DNA of 32,000 nucleotides from Candidatus Saccharimonadota bacterium (GTDB lineage Bacteria; Patescibacteriota; Gracilibacteria; BD1-5; UBA6164): the NCBI GenBank assembly GCA_965227835.1, contig OZ245768.1, positions 1 through 32,000 of the forward strand. The letters are read 5' to 3'. The notes beneath the pieces are model-generated. The model saw only the letters and a program-made list of their open reading frames with translations. It ran no database searches and was not told the origin of the DNA. This document shows, piece by piece, positions 1 through 10,471 of the stretch. Positions within the stretch are counted from its first letter, which is position 1. Every line of letters begins with the position of its first letter. The translations under genes and the position numbers were made by a program.

Positions 1-2
1 AT

Positions 3-227
3 CAAGATAAATATTGAATTTATTCTTTCAATTTTGATGATGATTGAGGTTGATGTAATACTGCATTTGGTGCATGAAATGATAGCTGGGTAAATAGTAC
101 TTATAACTTATGAGTTAGTTCTTGAGAAAGCTCCAGTTTACCATATTGATGTAATTGGAATACTTCATTTACTGAAGAGTCCCACAGAAATTTAGAATGA
201 AGCTTTTTAGAGATGTATTTTAGATAA
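3..227 (+). CDS. 3' end of a gene entering from upstream; Gly/Ser/Asn-rich C-terminus of an uncharacterised protein
   Basis: Frame is open from the window edge to TAA 225-227 only if several in-frame TGA are read as Gly (..FDDDGGGCNTAFGAGNDSW..). No homolog recognised. Confidence 0.35.
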
Positions 228-271
228 ATCTTATTATATAAACTATCCCCCAATTATCATATTTCTTTGTG

Positions 272-291
272 CAGAGAGCTTTAGCTCTTTG
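272..291 (+). repeat. Hairpin motif copy 1 (cagagagctttagctctttg)
   Basis: AGAGC-TTTA-GCTCT stem-loop followed by CTTTG, 45 nt after the stop at 227. Same core at 4697, 17064 and 17476, all on the + strand. Confidence 0.6.
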
Positions 292-377
292 CCAAATTTA
301 CTCAACGGAGAAATTCAACATCTTTCTATATTATTCATCAAAGAATCTCAATATTTTCCACCTGATCCAAACAAAAC

Positions 378-422
378 CTCACCCTAGCCCTCTCCGGGGG
401 AACCTTCACCCTAACCTTCTCC
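378..422. repeat. GC-rich island with two 18-nt direct repeats (ctcaccctagccctctcc / ttcaccctaaccttctcc)
   Basis: Read directly. The two copies at 378-395 and 405-422 are separated by gggggaacc, and composition departs sharply from the AT-rich surroundings. Confidence 0.6.
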
Positions 423-584
423 TTTTGCAAGAATACGATATAGTACAGAAGAGATATAATAAATGTTATAAAATAGAGAGAATAGTATAAGGGGTTAAAT
501 ATCCTTTAATTAAATAACAAAAACTTGAAAGAAATATTTTTAAATAAAAGTATAAATACGATTGCAATACATCGTTTTTTTTGG

Positions 585-1676
585 ATGCTTGGTTGGCAAA
601 CCATGACATTTTTATGACCTGTTGTAATGTATAAAATTGGTATAAGCCTACCATTTATTTTTTTAGCTCTCTGACTTATATTTTTTTTAAGGCTTATAAT
701 ACGTCCTTTTGTTTCTATTTGTATCAACTATTACGGGCTTAAAACATTTTTAATCTTATGAATAATTTTAAGAATACTTTCCTACATACCATTTTTATTG
801 ATGGATTGAATAAATATATACTGGTTTCTTTTTGTATGATTAACAGCTCTTGCAGAGACAATATATTTTTTCGCTTATCATATATACTATTCAATATGCG
901 GGGATAATTCTATGAGATGAAGACATAATAGTATAATTGATTGATTACATATAATAGCTATAATACTATGACCTGTACTTGTCTGAGCAATGACATATTT
1001 TTATTGAATAAATACTTTTTTTATATCATGAATTATATTCCATATTTTAGCTCTTATTCCAATCTTTTTCTTGAAAGATATTGTATATAAAAAATCAGAA
1101 ATAAGCATAAAAAATATAAAAAAGGAGAAAAAAAGAGGTTTTTTTATAAGTGCTAGTAGTGCTTTTATGGAAGTATCCAATGAAACTCTCCGGGCTTTAA
1201 TATTATTTTTGATTTTTAAAGATATATTTACTATTTCTTGAATAATCTCTTGAGTACTATTCTTGTGAATTTTTATAAAATATATGGTTTGAAAAAGTGT
1301 TGATAAAAAAGAAAATAAAAAATGGTATTTGGTAGGTACACTCATAATTGTTGCTTGATTTATAGCAAGAATCTTTCTTTGATACACAACTTTAAATATA
1401 ATAATAATAGATTTATTTTTAATATTGTGAATTAGTCTCTACTGACCATATAGAAATATAGTTGTGTATAATGATATAAAATTATCTAAAAGACCATGAA
1501 TTTTTACTTTGATTTCAGAGACTTGATACGATTTAGCTGCTATTAGTATATGTTTACTTATTTCACTATATTGCTTTTTCCTTCCCGAACATTACCTAAA
1601 ATATACCCTTATTTTATGATTACTTTTACTCCCTATTGAAAACTATATTTATTATAAATATCAAAAGGATTGATAA
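585..1676 (+). CDS. Polytopic membrane protein, MFS-transporter-like
   Basis: Table-25 frame is open 510-1676 (TAA 1674-1676). About 10-11 hydrophobic helices, and an MFS-like loop ..CGDNSMRGRHNS.. followed by a Gly-rich helix. Many TGA fall in helix contexts. Start uncertain (ATG 585 or 603, or TTG 525). Confidence 0.6.
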
Positions 1677-1694
1677 ACCAAAATTTAGCCCATC

Positions 1695-2765
1695 CTACCT
1701 TATAAACATACAATCCCCCAAAGAAAAAAACCTAAATTTATTTTTTATAGCATATCTGTAAGCCTTATCAATATTATCTTTTCAAGCAAAACTAGAAACA
1801 AGCATCAAAAGAGTTGATTTAGGTAGATGAAAATTTGTTATCATACCGTCTATAAAACCCCAATTATATCAAGGATAAATAAATATATCTGTATCTTTTT
1901 TTCAATACCCCAGTACTCATTTTAGACTAACCATAGATTCAAGTACCCTGACAGAAGTAGTTCAAACAGCTATTATCCTTTTTCATTCAGATTTATACTT
2001 ATTAAGTCTTTTTGAAGTACTTTCATCTATTTCTATATACTCACTATGCATTTTATGTTTTTTTATATCTTCCTTTTCCACAGGCATAAAAGTTCAAATT
2101 CATACATGAAGTAATACCTTTTCTATCTTCACTCATTTTTTTTTCAACTTTTTTAAAATATCCTCTGTAAAATGTAAACTAGCAGTAGGAGAAGCCACAC
2201 TTCATTCTACCTCTGCCCATACTGTTTGATATCTATTTTTATCTTTTAGTTCCTCTTTTATATAAGGAGGTAACGGTACTTCTCAAAGTTTTTCAACTAC
2301 TTCTAAAAACTCCTTTCAAGATTTATTAAACTCTATTATCCTTCAAGAATCAGATATTTTTTTTACTTCAGCTTCAAGGATTTTTTCCTCTAATCTTCAT
2401 TTCTTTTTCAAATAAAAGGCTAGTTTTTTTCAAACCTTTATTTTTTTTCAAGGATAAACCAAGCAATCCCAAGTATTTTCAGATACTTGTTTGTGTAAAA
2501 ATATTTCTACTAAAAAATCACTTTTTTTGTTAGAAGATTCCAAGCCAACTATTTTAGCATAAAGTCTAGCATTTATAACTTTTGTTTTATTTAAAACCAA
2601 AACATCATCTTCTCAAAGTTCATCTAGTATCTCATAAAACTTTTTTTCTTCTATAACTCATGATTTTTTTCATAAAACTAAAAGTCTAGAATGATCCCTT
2701 GGTTCAGTTGGATTTTGTGCTATTAATTCTTTTGGTAGACTATAATCAAAATCAGAAAGCAACAT
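1695..2765 (-). CDS. queA: S-adenosylmethionine:tRNA ribosyltransferase-isomerase
   Basis: Translation [60 protein letters not shown] matches QueA end to end. 357 codons, with conserved Gly encoded by TGA. Confidence 0.93.
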
Positions 2766-2822
2766 ATTTCAAATTATATAAATATCTAAATTAGTTTTTG
2801 AATTATACAAATTTACAATTTT

Positions 2823-2851
2823 TTGCAATTGAGTTTAAATTGTGATAAAAT
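2823..2851 (+). promoter_or_regulatory. Sigma70-like promoter (TTGCAA-17 nt-TGaTAAAAT)
   Basis: -35 TTGCAA at 2823-2828, extended -10 with TAAAAT at 2846-2851, about 30 nt upstream of ATG 2883. Confidence 0.4.
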
Positions 2852-2882
2852 CTTAATATTAATTTCCTAAACAAAAACAAAT

Positions 2883-4619
2883 ATGTCTGAAGCATTTTGA
2901 TCAAATGAAAATTTCACAAATTCACCAGAAAATTCTCCCAATGAAATAGAAAATTTAAACACTATAACTAGTTTTGATGAGTTAGCTTGAAGTTTTGAAA
3001 ACAATGAATCAATGAGTAGCTTCCTAGATTTAATCTGAGACTATATAGATTTAAAACTTTATAAAAACAACTTCTCTAAAAAAGAAATTAGCAATATAAA
3101 ACTATCTATACTTAGTGAAATACAAAACAGCTTAAATTTATCATCTATAATATCATCTTTTACAGAAAAACTTATAAAACCTCTAAAACAACTATTAGCT
3201 GATTTAGAACTAGAAAATCAAACTAATCAAGAAAATGCCATTGAACCTAATTTATGAAAACTAAATGAAATAAGAGCAGGTTTCCAAAATGTTTTTTCTT
3301 GAATAGGACTTGACTTAAAAATGAATCAAATAGATCAGAAAATAGAAAAACTAAATAAAGAAAAAGCAGATAACCCACAAACAAAATTTGATACACTAGT
3401 TAGTGTATTTACGAGTATAAATTGAGATACACAAGGCAGAAGCGAACAAGAAATATTTAACTCTATAAAATCAGAAGCTCAAGCTTTAGCTCAGAAAATG
3501 TCTAGTGCAAGAAATATTTGAGAAGATTTACTGTCTTCTATAGATAAATTGCCAGATTGAGTCTGAAAAACTTTTATTGGATTCATAGAATCTCTTCTAA
3601 GTTCATTTCCAATACTTTGATTTATATTTAAAGCAATTTTTTGAAATGAGTTTTTAAATGATTCAAACGATAAAAGACAAAAAGCAAATAAGAATCTATT
3701 GGATTTTTATTCTACAGAAAATTCCCCTTTAAAAGAAACTAAAATAAAGCAAGAAGACTTAACAAATTTAAACCCAAAAACTCTAAAAACTTTTTATGAT
3801 TTTTTATGACAGCAAGATATAAAGATAGATTATAGTAGAGAAGATTTTTGGGAAAATTTTTTAATTATTTGAAAAACAAAAGATGAAAAAATTATATCCT
3901 TGCAAAACCTTATCAAGCAAGGTGATGGCTCTATATTTAGAGAAGATGACGAAATAGATGATTTTTTAAATAAACTAAATTCATTAGAAGATAAATATAG
4001 ATCTAAGCAAAATGAAATTAGTATACAGAGTCAACAGGAAGCCTTGACTAGAATTCAAGAAGTAAATGATACGAGAGATTCTGTATTTAGAGATTTAGAA
4101 TCTCTTAGAAGTGAACTTGAACTTGCTAGAGAAAATCCAAATTGAACTCAGGATGAAGGAAAAATTAGGGAATCTATAGATATTAAAGAACAAGAAATAA
4201 GGGATTTAGAAATGCAAGCTTTACAGGCAACGGAAAAAAAACAAGAAGAAGAATTTAGGAATTCTATACTAAATATAAAAAGTATACCAACCGATATAAT
4301 TTATAAGTGAGAGACTCTAAAATTGGATACCCAAAACAATCATTTAGTAATTTGAAATTGAAATGGAGAATCTAAATATGAAATAAGCATAATATATACT
4401 GGGGTTTCTGTGCCTTTCTTTTGACCTAAAAAATGAGAAAATGTATTTGAAAAAATAGGTTTTGGTTCAAATTTGGAACTAACTTATTTTGGTGATAGAG
4501 TAGAAACTGTAGAGAACCAAAAATTGATAGAGATTTTAAGAGAGATTTTAGAATCAGAATCTTATGATAAAGATATAGAATGAAAAGATGGAAGACTAGT
4601 TCTAAGAAAATTGAATTAA
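2883..4619 (+). CDS. Orphan 578-aa protein: acidic/polar N-terminus, one hydrophobic stretch, long coiled-coil-like region
   Basis: Uninterrupted table-25 ORF (ATG 2883, TAA 4617-4619). It contains the track ORF 3900-4145 in the same frame. No family recognised. Confidence 0.75.
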
Positions 4620-4695
4620 TATTCTGCAGGAAAAATAATTCTTTTATTCTTAATTAATTAAAGATCTTTAGTTTTTTGATCCCATATCTTCATCA

Positions 4696-4744
4696 ACAGA
4701 GAGCTTTAGTTCTTTGTTATATTGTGGGAAGTTCCTATTTTTGA
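4696..4744 (+). repeat. Hairpin motif copy 2, extended ~50-nt version
   Basis: acagagagctttagttctttgttatattgtgggaagttcctatttttga aligns with 17475-17522. The T in the 3' arm keeps pairing as G-U. Confidence 0.6.
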
Positions 4745-4987
4745 TATTTTTGAGAAAAAATCCCCTGCTTAAACTGAAGTTTTTTAAGTTTTATATTATT
4801 TATCTATCTAAAACCCTAAATTAAATCCACCATTTTATAAAATATGCTAAAATTTACTTACTAATATTTTTTCCAAAGCTTTCCATATCTCTCAGTAAAA
4901 ACAAAAAATAATAAAACTTTTATTTTTTGTTTTTTTTTAATCCAAACTGACTATATTTATACTTTTATAATTATAAAATACTTATAA

Positions 4988-5719
4988 ATGAAAAAAGTTT
5001 CAAAAGATAAAATAGTAAATATAAAAGGAAGTGATACATTTGATAATAAATTTTTATTTGAATTTTTAGATATTTCTAATTCTCTTCAAAATAAAGACTC
5101 TAATAAATATACTATTTCATCTTGAACACAAGTATTTTTTATCTCTGATTTACTAGAAAAAAGAAAAAACATTGGGATACTTGATATGATCAACAAAAAA
5201 CCAGCAATGTATAGTAATTTGTATTCTCCTAAAGATGAACTTGAAATTTTTGAAGAATTATTTGATTATTCAATTAAAAGCAAAAAAAAGATTCATATAA
5301 TTTGAATAACTTTGAAGCAAGAGCTTGAAATACTTGAAAAATATTATAGTGAACTTTGATTTTTCAGAGAAGAGATAAATTGTTTTGAAGTTGATTTTAA
5401 ATTTCCTCTTGTAAGTGTTTCTGTAAAAATAGAGAATCTATTATGGAAAGGTAGTGATTATAAAAAAATGTGAGAAAAGATATTTTTTAATCCTCCTGTT
5501 AGAGAGTCTGGTCAAACAAAAGCTATGTTTAAGTGAATAAACAGGGGAGTAATAGCATGAATACACATAGTTTCTTTAAATAAAGATATTGAAAAATTTC
5601 TTCAAACTCAAATTATATTAGAAAACATCTTACCTACTACTATGTCAAAGGTTTTAAACCATAATTTATCTGATATTTGATTTGAGTGAGTAAAAAAAGA
5701 TATTGTTTTTAGTTATTAA
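4988..5719 (+). CDS. Hypothetical 243-aa protein
   Basis: Table-25 ORF, ATG 4988 to TAA 5717-5719. Contains ..FFNPPVRESGQTKAMFKGINRGVIAGIH.., which only faintly recalls amidohydrolase-type PPxR motifs. Not assigned. Confidence 0.6.
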
Positions 5720-6114
5720 AAAATTAAATCCTCAAAACTGTCTATCTTTCCATCATTTAAATATTTATGTATTGCATTTCTGGTAGTTAGTAAAGCTAAT
5801 ACAGAAGCATTTTTTCTTCTGCTACTAACAGGTTCTCACAATTGTTCTTCCATAAAATTATAATCCCAACTTAGAACAGTTTCAATTTTTTCTCAAATGA
5901 TTATTTCTCAAAGTATGGAAGCTAGAGCTGTAGTAATAATAGCTGTATCTCAAGTAAAAGACCAGTTTTTTACTATATCTCATTCTATTTTTAAATATAT
6001 TGTTAAAGAGTCTCAACAAGTATCATTATCTTCATAATGTTTAATTGTATAGTCTTTCATTTCAAATTTATTGAAAGGATTTCTAAAGTAATATTGAATA
6101 GTTTCTCAATACAT
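5716..6114 (-). CDS. sufU: SufU/NifU-N-like Fe-S scaffold homolog with degenerate Cys ligands
   Basis: YYFRNPFNK..NDTCGDSLTIYLKIEGDIVKNWSFTGDTAIITTALASILGEIIIGEKIETVLSW aligns to the SufU core. It lies directly downstream of sufD. Confidence 0.65.
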
Positions 6115-6165
6115 ATCCTACATTTATTTTACCCGAATTTTTTAAAAAATACTTTTCAAAAAATT

Positions 6166-6849
6166 CTATATTTTTTCTAAAATATCTTCTCTTATACTTC
6201 AATAAAAATCCTTTTCTATAGCTTCTAATCATCAAAATAAATCATCTATTTTTGCTTCTAGAAGAACTTTTAATGCATTTGCTCTTCAAATACCTCTACT
6301 TCTCAAATAAAATAATTCTTCATCACTTATTTTTTCTATTTTACAAGCATGACTTGCCTCTACATCATTACTTCAAACTAAAAGAGTAGGAAGTCATCTT
6401 ATTCTTCAAGTTTCTCACAGAAATATATTATCTTCAACTAAATGTCCTTTAATTTTTTTAAATTTTTTTCAAATTTCTATAATTCAGTCTAAATCAATAA
6501 ATCAATCCTTTCATACTAAAGATATTATTTTTACATCAGAGCTTGAATCATCTGAAACTACTTTGGAGTGAATTTTTGATTTTACCGATATTTTATCTTT
6601 AGATAGAAGTAGGTAATTTACAGATAATACAGATCATTTTTTATCTTGTATAAACTCAATTTTATGATTATCTTTATTTTCAACTAATCAATATATGCTT
6701 AGTTTTGTATTTTCTCAAATTTTTATATCCCTAGAAATACTTCAATCATCAAAAATATTTATATCTAAGTTATCGTTTATATTTAATTCACTTTCATTAA
6801 TTTCAGAAAGTTTATAAAATCAGTTTTTTGTTATTTTTAAGTTTGACAT
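6166..6849 (-). CDS. sufD: Fe-S cluster assembly protein SufD (short form)
   Basis: C-terminal ..GRIRGLPTLLVGSNDVEASHACKIEKISDEELFYLRSRGIGRANALKVLLEA.. is the SufD/SufB-family signature. 228 codons. Confidence 0.85.
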
Positions 6850-6961
6850 AGTTATTTTTATTAATATGGTATAAATTGTCATTTGTCCCTAAATGAGAAA
6901 TTATTCTCAAAAAGGGTATATGATAGGTTAATTTTTTTAAACTTTCAAAAAGGAGATTAGA

Positions 6962-7396
6962 ATGAAAATTCTTGTTCTTTTATTTGCAACTTTTATTGGT
7001 ATTATCTTGGGAAAATATTTTCTCACAGACAATGATATTGTAAACAATAATACTACTAATTATAAGGGCATTCCCCAAATTATTACTTTAGATGTTGCTA
7101 ACATGCTTAATAACTACTTCAATTGTAAGTCTGATTCATATTCTAATGAATTTCACCTTGAAGGAAGTAAGTATGGCATGTTATACCCTAATGGTGAAAT
7201 TCAATATTCATTAATCCTTGTTCCTAAAAACTCATTAACTTCTTCTTTAAAAGAAAATAATGTTTCGATATTTTCTGATGATTATACTTTTACTGAAATA
7301 CACCCTTTAACAATGGTTGCAATTGATTATAATTATATCAAATATAAATTTTGGGTTTCAAATAGAAGTCATGAATTAATCTGTTCAGAAATTTAG
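6962..7396 (+). CDS. Small membrane-anchored/secreted protein, 144 aa, no TGA codons
   Basis: Intact in the standard-code track. SD aaaggag lies 6 nt upstream, with an N-terminal hydrophobic anchor MKILVLLFATFIGIILG. A GC-rich terminator follows. Confidence 0.75.
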   Translation: MKILVLLFATFIGIILGKYFLTDNDIVNNNTTNYKGIPQIITLDVANMLNNYFNCKSDSYSNEFHLEGSKYGMLYPNGEIQYSLILVPKNSLTSSLKENNVSIFSDDYTFTEIHPLTMVAIDYNYIKYKFWVSNRSHELICSEI

Positions 7397-7411
7397 CCCA
7401 AATATAGCTTT

Positions 7412-7436
7412 AAAGCCCGAGCTTAGCTCGGGCTTT
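7412..7436. terminator. Bidirectional intrinsic terminator (aaagcccgagc-tta-gctcgggcttt)
   Basis: Perfect 11-bp GC-rich stem flanked by A/T runs, between the convergent genes 6962-7396 (+) and 7440-7823 (-). Confidence 0.8.
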
Positions 7437-7439
7437 AAA

Positions 7440-7823
7440 TTACCCGATTTTTTTGAAACTACTTTTTAGGTTTTTGAGTTCATCAAAATTTATCTTTGGC
7501 ACTTTCTTGGAAAAAGAAAAACTAGAACCACAACCACATCTATCTTTTACTTCTTTTGAAGAAAATATATATCTGAGTTTCTCTTTTCATGTATGGTCAG
7601 CTATTACAACCCTTGTTATAATTGAGTTTTCAAATTTATCCTTTTCCTCTTTGTTTGTATAAATTTCAATTCAATCTTGGTCTTTTATAAAAACAAGCTC
7701 TTTAACATTAGGAGATTCTTCTATATCAACTTTGGTTCCAGAACATCAAGCATCATAAAAAAATATTTTAATACTTTTGGTTCATTTTTGTTTCAAAGAA
7801 TTTATAGTGTTTTTATCAAGCAT
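7440..7823 (-). CDS. sufA: A-type Fe-S carrier (SufA/IscA/ErpA, HesB family)
   Basis: ..FFYDAGCSGTKVD.. and C-terminal ..RCGCGSSFSF.. give the three conserved Cys of A-type carriers. 128 codons. Confidence 0.85.
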
Positions 7824-7834
7824 ATAAATTATAT

Positions 7835-9241
7835 TTAAAATCCTCATTCAAACTCCATAGCTATAAGCACATTCATTTCACTTGCATACTCCAAAGGTAG
7901 CTCTTTCATAATAGGAGATAAAAAACCATTTACTATCATGGCTATAGCCTTTTCTTCTTCTATACCTCTTGATTGAAGATAAAACAATTCTTCTTCACTT
8001 ATCTTTCAAGCAGAAGCTTCATGCCCGACTATAGAGTCACTATTTCAAACATCTATAATAGGAACTGTATCTGATACAGATTTTTCATCCAAAAGTAGAG
8101 CATCACAATCTATTTTTGCAAGGGCTCATTTAGCTTGTGGTTTTATATCTACAAGACCTCTGTAAGTAGAAATTCATCCTCATTTTGAAAGAGATTTTGA
8201 TAATATATTACTTGTAGTATTTTTTCAAATATGTATCACTTTAGAACCTATATCTTGGTTTTGTCTTGTATTTGCAAAAGCAAGTCAAAGCATATCTGTT
8301 TTACTATTATCTCATTTTAAAACAGAGCAAGGATAAAGCATGGTTATACCAGATCACATATTTCATCATACCCATTCCATGTAAGCATTTTCTTCTACTA
8401 TTGCTCTTTTAGTATTTAAATTATATGTATCTAAACTCCAATTTTCCACAGACGAATATCTCATCTTAGCATTTTTTCAAACATAAATTTCAACTCATCA
8501 AGCATGAAGAGAATTTTCGTCATATTTAGGTGCAGAACATCATTCTATATAATGTGCATCAGCTCCTTCTTCTACTATTATTATAGTATGTTCAAACTGA
8601 CCTCATTGTTTTTTGTTCATCCTAAAATATGATTGCAAAGGTTCTTCTACTTTAACTCATTTAGGAATATACATAAAAGTTCATCAACTCCATACTGCAT
8701 AGTGTAGGGAAGCGAATTTATGGTCTGTTATAGGAATTGATTTTGCAAAGTATTTTTTTACTAATTCGGGATACTTATGTAGTGCTATACTAGTATCTTC
8801 AAAAATTACTCAAGCATCCACCAATTCTTGTTTTAAAGAATGGTACACTACTTCACTATCATATTGGGCCCCTACTCAAGCTAAAGCTTTTTTCTCTGCT
8901 TCTGGTATACCTAATTTATCAAAAGTATTTTTTATATTTTCTGGTACATCATCCCAAGACTTTTTAGCTCCTGCTCATTCTGGTTTGGCATAATAATATA
9001 TTTCATCTAGATTTAGATTAGATAAATCAGGACCAAAAGAAGGCATATTTTTTTGTCTAAATGCTTCCAGCGCTTTTAATCTGAGATCAAGCATCCAGCT
9101 AGGTTCATTATTTGAGGAAGAGATTTGTCTTACAACTTCTTCGTTTATACCTTTTACTACTTTGTTTGAGTAAGATATATTTTCATCTTGGAAGTTCCAA
9201 GTATCTTTTATTGTAACTGATTGTTGTTTTATATTTGACAT
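7835..9241 (-). CDS. sufB: Fe-S cluster assembly protein SufB
   Basis: The N-terminus is track ORF 8975-9241. It continues through TGA as ..[39 protein letters not shown].. to the C-terminal ..[21 protein letters not shown]. 469 codons. Confidence 0.95.
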
Positions 9242-9294
9242 ATTAATTTATTTTAATATAATACTTTTAATAATTTTTTCCTGAATTAAACCCC

Positions 9295-10448
9295 GAAGTG
9301 CAATTTTTTAAATGAACTTAAAGAAGAAAATATAGCATTAAGAAATTTTTTATTTTTGAGATTATAAAAAATTTTATTATAATTCCAAATACAACATTAA
9401 GATTGTGAAAAGTGTGCTTGATTAGGGGAAATAAAACCAAGTATTTCTCTAGGAGTATTTGCTAATATATCGCAAATACTTTTTATTTTTTCATCACTTA
9501 CATAATCAAATATAGTTCATTTAGGAAAAAATCTCCTGATAATCCTATTTAAATTCTCAATACTTCACTTCTGCCAAGAAGAATAAGGCTCACAAAAGTA
9601 AGTATCTATTCATATATCATTTAATAAATAATGCTTAGCAAATTCCATTCAATTATCAAAAGTAACAGATTTAATTCATATATCATCTTTAACTCAAGCT
9701 ATTAGATTAATTATATTTTCACTTGATTTATCTTTTATTTTAAAGATTTTAGGTAACCTAGTCTTTCTATCAACCAATGTAAGTATAGCTCATTTAAATC
9801 ATTTTTTAGAAACAATTAAATCAGCTTCAATATGTCATTTTTCTTCTCTGTTATTTATTGTTTCAGGTCTATCTTTAATACTAACTCTATTTTTAATTTT
9901 CACTCTTTCTGTTTGTTGTTTTTTCTTTCTATAACCTTTATGTTTATATAATAATAGTTCTTTATATTTATTTCACATACCAGTTTCTAGCCAAGAATAT
10001 ATACTTGTATGGGAGATATGTTTCTTTTTATCTGTTTGAGTATTATTCCGTTTCTTAGCAATTGTTTTTGGGGACATTTGTATTTCTGTTATTGATAGTT
10101 GTTCTATTATGAAATTTTTCATATTAGTATTCATATTTATCTTCATTGATTGAGTTTTTGTTAGCCATCGTCTTTGATATGATTTGATTTCTGCTTCTAG
10201 TGCTAAATATACTTTTTTATTGTTTCATCGTTTTTTTACTGAATTTCTGTATATCTCTCTGCTTATTGTTGATTCTGATCTTTTTAGTATTGATGCTATA
10301 TCTTTTTTCTTTAATCATTTATTTAAATGAAATTCAATACTTTCTCTCTCTTGGAATATTAATTGTCAGTACATATCTTATTATATTAGAAAATAATGTT
10401 ATTACCCTACGGGGAATACTATATTTTCTTCTCTTTTAATTGCACTTC
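9295..10448 (-). mobile_element. IS30-family insertion sequence (~1.15 kb)
   Basis: Terminal inverted repeats gaagtgcaatt at 9295-9305 and 10438-10448. Subterminal repeats a(a/g)agaagaaaatatag(c/t)att sit inside both ends, enclosing one intact transposase gene. Confidence 0.85.
9397..10374 (-). CDS. IS30-family DDE transposase
   Basis: HTH ..SILKRSESTISREIYRN.., then ..GHIEADLIV.., ..VTFDNGMEF.. and ..PYSSWQKGSIENLNRIIRRFFPKGT... 326 codons, with catalytic-region Gly encoded by TGA. Confidence 0.92.
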
Positions 10449-10471
10449 ATTTCTTACTTTGGGGAGAGATT

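Noticed and set aside
269-490. 73-aa + strand ORF (GTG start) from the track
   Set aside because: It spans hairpin motif copy 1 and the GC-rich duplicated 18-mer. It has no SD and no homolog-like features, and is better explained as non-coding.
664-676. Reverse-orientation half copy of the hairpin motif (tagctctctgac), which with copy 1 would bound a 400-bp MITE
   Set aside because: It is only a 9-10-nt match, and it lies inside the MFS-like coding frame (..LALGL..). Treated as chance.
1001-1387. 128-aa minus-strand ORF from the track
   Set aside because: The opposite strand carries a continuous 364-codon table-25 frame (585-1676) encoding a convincing polytopic membrane protein. The minus ORF is its antisense shadow.
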